The notes under the pieces are model-generated. The model worked only from the letters and a program-made list of their open reading frames with translations. It ran no database searches and had not been told where the DNA came from. Made by a program: the position numbers and the translations under genes. A stretch of DNA of 32,000 nucleotides from Candidatus Saccharimonadota bacterium (GTDB lineage: Bacteria > Patescibacteriota > Gracilibacteria > Absconditabacterales > Absconditicoccaceae): the NCBI GenBank assembly GCA_030429145.1, contig JAUIDC010000001.1, positions 30,001 to 62,000 on the forward strand, in the 5' to 3' direction. Position 1 is the first letter of the stretch; the number at the start of each line of letters is the position of its first letter. Positions 27,968-32,000 of the stretch are shown here, in pieces.

Positions 27968-28543
27968 TTACTGAAGCATACCTACAACCGCCTCGAGATC
28001 TGCACCTACTTTCTTATCTATCATATTCATCTCTTTATCGATAGTAACGATAGTATGCTGCGTTGTTACGCCATACTGTGATTTGAGCTCTGTTGATGAG
28101 TCATAGTCTACCTTAAAGACAACTGCGTTGGTTGGAATTGCTTCCATAGTCGACTTAAGTTGCTTGTCTAATTTTCGACAGCTTGGACACCACGAAGCAT
28201 GGAAAAAGAGTGCTACTTTTTTTCCAGCAGTAAGAGCCTCTTTCACTTTTGCCTCATTGTAAGCTTCGTATTTCATCTCAGACTCCATCATCATCTTGTC
28301 ATCATCTCCTTCTTCTTTCATCATACTATCGTCTTCCTTCATCATAGCGTCATCTTCCTTTTCCATCATTTTGTCGTCCTCCATCATCATCTCACCTGAC
28401 ATATTTGCTTCGAGGTTTCCTGACATCATCGTGTCATCACCACTCATCATAGCATCGTTATTTTCTTGATTGGCTGCTTGATGCATACAACCTGCTAAAA
28501 ATACGACACCGAGCATAGTTACGGGTACAAGTAATTTTTTCAT
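27968..28543 (-). CDS. thioredoxin-like lipoprotein (WCPSC) with a Met/Asp/Glu-rich linker, 191 aa
   Basis: Lipobox VFLAGC. Residues ~31-90 are repeats of MMxxDD / MMKEDD. C-terminal Trx fold FFHASWCPSCRKL. Confidence 0.8.
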   Translation of the reverse strand: MKKLLVPVTMLGVVFLAGCMHQAANQENNDAMMSGDDTMMSGNLEANMSGEMMMEDDKMMEKEDDAMMKEDDSMMKEEGDDDKMMMESEMKYEAYNEAKVKEALTAGKKVALFFHASWCPSCRKLDKQLKSTMEAIPTNAVVFKVDYDSSTELKSQYGVTTQHTIVTIDKEMNMIDKKVGADLEAVVGMLQ

Positions 28544-28664
28544 AGGGATGTTGATAAAAAATAAAAAGTACTATTTTACGATAGCACTTTCACGAGCAAA
28601 ATCAACCTCCTCTCACATTCTCACAATACAGAGAAAACAGCAGTCTTCACCTAATAGTTGTCTT

Positions 28665-29075
28665 TTATTGTGTCTGCTTCATCACCTGAGCGATACCATC
28701 ACATTTCACTGCGTCATCTCCAGTATAGTGACCGTCGAAAACAATATTGATGTTTTGCAGATTGAAGTTTTCTGGTATGGTAATACCTTCAAACAGCACG
28801 TCGTGAATATCTACGTCGGTTATCCTTCCCGACTTCTGACACACAATATGCCCATGCAATGGCTTCTTCTTCTCGTACATGGTCTTTTCTAAGATGCCTG
28901 ATGTTTTCATGATCTTCTCCTCGTTGACCAATTGTGTAAGATTTCTATAGACGGTTCCTATACCCAAAAATCGATAGTGCTTTTTGAGTTCAGCATAAAT
29001 CTGCTCTGCAGTCCAGTGATTTCCATCCTCTAGCAATAGTTCTATTTCTTTTTTGTAACGAGACTGGTTAGCCAT
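28665..29075 (-). CDS. Fur-family metalloregulator (Fur/Zur/PerR not distinguishable), 136 aa
   Basis: GIGTVYRNLTQLVNEEKI (wHTH recognition helix), HGHIVCQKSG and a C-terminal KCDG. Confidence 0.8.
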   Translation of the reverse strand: MANQSRYKKEIELLLEDGNHWTAEQIYAELKKHYRFLGIGTVYRNLTQLVNEEKIMKTSGILEKTMYEKKKPLHGHIVCQKSGRITDVDIHDVLFEGITIPENFNLQNINIVFDGHYTGDDAVKCDGIAQVMKQTQ

Positions 29076-29092
29076 CCTTTTTTATCAGTAAG

Positions 29093-30022
29093 TTAAAAGG
29101 TTCGTACACCTAGTGTATATAAGATATAAACAATATACAAGAGGATGAAAAATGCACCCTGCCCTCTTTGCAGGACCTCCTTTCTTCCGATCACAAAAGA
29201 AAGCAAGAAAAGCACAGTCACACCGACACAAATAACAATATCTAGCCAGCCAGCTACTGTCACTTGTAGCGGAGAGATCATTCCAGTAACAGCAAGGACT
29301 AGAGCGATATTGAGCACATTAGAACCGACGATATTACCGATGGCAATGTTGTTATTTCCTTTTCGCGCTGCAACTACTGAAGTGACCAGCTCTGGTAATG
29401 AGGTTCCTATAGCTACTACCGTCAGTCCGATGACTCTTTCTGCGATACCAACATATCTCGCAATCGCGACAGCACCCTCTACAACTCGTTTTCCACCAAG
29501 CATCAGCAAAAGGATACCAAAGAAAATATACAAAGCTGTCTTTCGCTTCGGCAGGGCGGGAATGTCATGATTTCCTACGCCTCACGAGGTAAGGATATAA
29601 TAGATGAAGATAATAAGAAACAGTATCAGAATACCTGCATCCATACGTGTCAGATTGAGATCATAGGTCAGCATCGCTAGCCCAACAATGATGAGAAGCG
29701 CAAACGGGATATCTGTCACTCTTGTCTTGCGATTGATAGCTAAGGGTAAGATAACTGATGTTACGCCAAGCACCAGCAATATATTTGCAACATTACTACC
29801 AATCGTATTTCCTAGCGCTATATCTCCGGCTCCCTGTAGCGCTGCGAGGACATTGACAACGAGCTCTGGCACAGAGGTACCAAGTGCAACCAAAGTCAGA
29901 CCTATCACCATCGGCGAAATTTTCAATCTTCTTGACAGAGACGACGACCCTTCAACTAACCAATCTGCGCCTTTTACCAGTAAAATAAACCCAATCACAA
30001 ACAATGCGTATACCATACTCAA
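29093..30022 (-). CDS. CaCA-family cation/Ca2+ antiporter (YrbG-like), 309 aa
   Basis: Two alpha-repeats, GTSVPELVVNV...GNTIGSNVANI and GTSLPELVTSV...GNIVGSNVLNI. The two track ORFs join across TGA 29582-29584. Start is TTG 30022 or ATG 30016. Confidence 0.85.
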
Positions 30023-30045
30023 CTTTTTCCGTAGTAAAATAAATA

Positions 30046-30615
30046 TTATGAGAGAGAAGCTACTTCCTTATATCTAAAGCAGCTTACCAGATGATCATTG
30101 ATCACACCTATCGCTTGAAGGTGTGCATAGACTGTGGTAGAGCCAAGAAACGCAAAACCTCTTTTTTTCATATCTTTTGCGATAGTGTCAGAGAGCTCAC
30201 TCGTAGGTTTATAGTCCTCTATGGATTTCAATTTGTTATCTATAACGCTGCCAGCGGTAAATGACCAAATATACTGATCAAAAGAACCAAACTCTTTCTG
30301 TACCGTAAGAAATGCTTGAGCATTTTTCACTGCAGCACGGACCTTTGCCTGATTACGGATGATTCATTCGTCTTGTAGCAACTCTTGTATTTTATCTTCA
30401 TCAAACTGTGCCACCTTTTTTGCATCAAAACCAGCAAATGCTTTGCGATAGTTTTCACGACGACGTAAGATGGTCAGCCATGAGAGTCACGCCTGCATCG
30501 TTTCAAGCAAAAGAAATTCAAAGTGTTTGCTTTCATCATGCATAGGCACTCCTCGCTCCTCATCATGATAGCGAATGTACTGTTCATCTTTCATACACCA
30601 TGGACAGCGAATCAT
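30046..30615 (-). CDS. tag: DNA-3-methyladenine glycosylase I, 189 aa
   Basis: MIRCPWC...LLLETMQA[G]LSWLTIL...DE[G]IIRNQAK...FLGSTTVYAHLQAIGVINDHLVSC. Two TGA, both on conserved Gly. Confidence 0.9.
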
Positions 30616-30643
30616 TTTGAAAATAATTATGTAAATAGACAAT

Positions 30644-30670
30644 AAAAAAGAGAGGATCGCTCCCCTCTTT
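30644..30670 (-). terminator. intrinsic terminator after the DUF1761 gene
   Basis: Minus-strand GAGGGGA-GCGA-UCCUCUC (one G.U pair), followed by TTTTTT. Confidence 0.6.
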
Positions 30671-30693
30671 CATGGACATGATGTTGTATTTTT

Positions 30694-31083
30694 TTAAAGA
30701 GAGATAAGCAATGCACCTGCAGCGAGTGCGCAGATAAGGCGGCAAATAGAGCTAATCCACATAACTGTATTGTTGCCATTAGCCCACATATTGTTGCTCC
30801 AAGTAGTGATAAGAGAGAAACCAAGCCAAAGCACACCAGCGGTCATGAGAGCGTCATTCATCTCAGTCACACCTGCTTTCATAAATATCCAGTAGAGAGC
30901 CCATACTGTGACAAGGTTGAAGATGAACTCGAGAACCATCATGAAGACCATGTTGTTCTTGTTGTTGTCACCGTGATGTCCTACTGCTTTCATATACATC
31001 TTACCAAAGAGCATAGGAGAGTACCAAAGCATTCCGATGATAAATGTAACCACCGCTGCTACAATTATTGCTGTATAGTTCAT
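30694..31083 (-). CDS. DUF1761-family membrane protein, 129 aa
   Basis: IIGMLWYSPMLFGKMYMK signature, four hydrophobic helices. Stop TAA. Confidence 0.65.
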   Translation of the reverse strand: MNYTAIIVAAVVTFIIGMLWYSPMLFGKMYMKAVGHHGDNNKNNMVFMMVLEFIFNLVTVWALYWIFMKAGVTEMNDALMTAGVLWLGFSLITTWSNNMWANGNNTVMWISSICRLICALAAGALLISL

Positions 31084-31303
31084 GAGATATGTTAGATAAA
31101 TAATAAAACATTTTTACTTTATCTACTGTGTCACATTTTCCCATTGTCTTTCTCCTTTATTACTGTTTGCTATATTTTATAGTAACCTTTGTACGTTCTG
31201 CAAGAGATTTTTTATCTCTGTCATTTATCGAAAAAATCTCCACTTTTGCAACTACTTCTTTGATTTCGTCAAATGTGTAAAGCATGAAAGTATGGTCTCT
31301 TAT

Positions 31304-31909
31304 TTACTGGCCTAAATCGCTTTTTACATATAATTCACCACAATTTATTCATCCATAGCACGTGTGCAAACATGAGGTATATCAACCGCCACAAGCTGTA
31401 TTCACCTGGCATCACCAAAATGTTCATCACGCATAATCAGTATACCAGTGATAGTCAGCGACTGCACATCTATCAGCATCTTTGGTATTTTCTAATCTAC
31501 TTATCAAACTAAATGTCAGCCCATTTTTGAAAACATTGTTGTACATGTACGTATATCATCATGTCACTACAACCATATTACTACCAGGAGCTACATTATT
31601 AACTGGATCTATTGGCAAGGAAGTCATGATGCCTGTTAGTTGAGGGAACCAGTTCGTTCCAGTTGCAGTATTGATGAGACAAGAACTATTGACAGAACAG
31701 CCCCCTGCTAAAGGATAAATACTCTGATCAGTCTTATAAATCTGTATTGCATTGTATAAAGAGGTCATATCCACTTTTCTTTTAGCATCTCTTGCTCTCT
31801 CTTGTACATCAGTGAGTCTTGGCACAAGGGCCGCCGCCAAAATACCGATAATCACAATGACTATCAGCATCTCTATCAACGTAAATGTTTTATTTTGTTT
31901 TATCACCAT
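31304..31909 (-). CDS. type IV pilin-like protein, paralog 5, 201 aa
   Basis: MVIKQNKT|FTLIEMLIVIVIIGILAAALVPRL. Track ORF 31559..31909 continues through 7 TGA (including two TGA-TGA doublets) to TAA 31304-31306. LPIDPVNN and SRLENTKDADRC. Confidence 0.8.
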
Positions 31910-31911
31910 AG

Positions 31912-31943
31912 AAAAAAGAGAGAAATAACTTCCTCTCTTTTTA
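31912..31943. terminator. hairpin with flanking A/T runs just upstream of pilin paralog 5 (terminator of the next gene to the right, or a 5' leader structure)
   Basis: AAAAAGAGAG - 10-nt loop - CTCTCTTTTT. Confidence 0.45.
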
Positions 31944-32000
31944 TTATTTTTTAGATGATTTGCAATTACATTTATGCTATGGTGTCTAATCGATACTATA

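Noticed and set aside
28544-28664. Search for a Fur box (GATAATGATAATCATTATC-like) between the Fur-family gene and the Trx lipoprotein gene.
   Set aside because: Only AT-rich sequence is present (TTGATAAAAAATAAAAAG) with no convincing dyad symmetry.
31160-31285. A 41-codon minus-strand ORF (MLYTFDEIKEVVAKVEIFSINDRDKKSLAERTKVTIKYSKQ*) just downstream of pilin paralog 5.
   Set aside because: It is short, has no ribosome-binding signal that I could see, and has no similarity or paralog in the window. It may be real but is unsupported.

Overview
AT-rich bacterial window that only makes sense under translation table 25 (UGA = Gly, the Gracilibacteria/BD1-5 and Absconditabacteria/SR1 code). The supplied standard-code ORF track splits almost every conserved gene at in-frame TGA. 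The pieces are always in the same frame, and the TGAs fall on family-invariant glycines in the m5C-methyltransferase motifs IV/VI/X, a Rossmann GxGxxG, TypA, an S41 protease, Tag, Tgt and CcdA. I re-joined the fragments by hand; every merged CDS ends in TAA or TAG, and only the 8870..9235 lipoprotein is listed to its apparent TGA end. Contents, left to right: tgt (partial); three tandem type IV pilin paralogs, with two more at 16.4 kb and 31.3 kb and two pseudopilins at 18.8-19.9 kb; a minus-strand run of m5C MTase, REase, DUF45 metallopeptidase and LexA with a GAAC-N4-GTTC palindrome in the lexA promoter; DUF134 and thioredoxin; a roughly 5 kb block of orphan genes (9.4-14.2 kb) punctuated by three diverged copies of a ~245 bp module and abutting an 11-tRNA array with rpsT embedded; 2Fe-2S ferredoxin; S41 protease; a Tkt/E1-beta-like protein; a P-loop kinase; a convergent CYTH and VTC (triphosphate-tunnel) pair; typA; a DipZ-like CcdA-Trx fusion; a Met-rich Trx lipoprotein; a Fur-family regulator; a CaCA antiporter; tag; DUF1761. 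No rRNA, CRISPR array, transposase or integrase was recognised. The most unusual item is the repeated start-less ORF plus hairpin module (9857-10102, 11669-11913, 12924-13174). All coordinates and translations were done by hand and should be recomputed.
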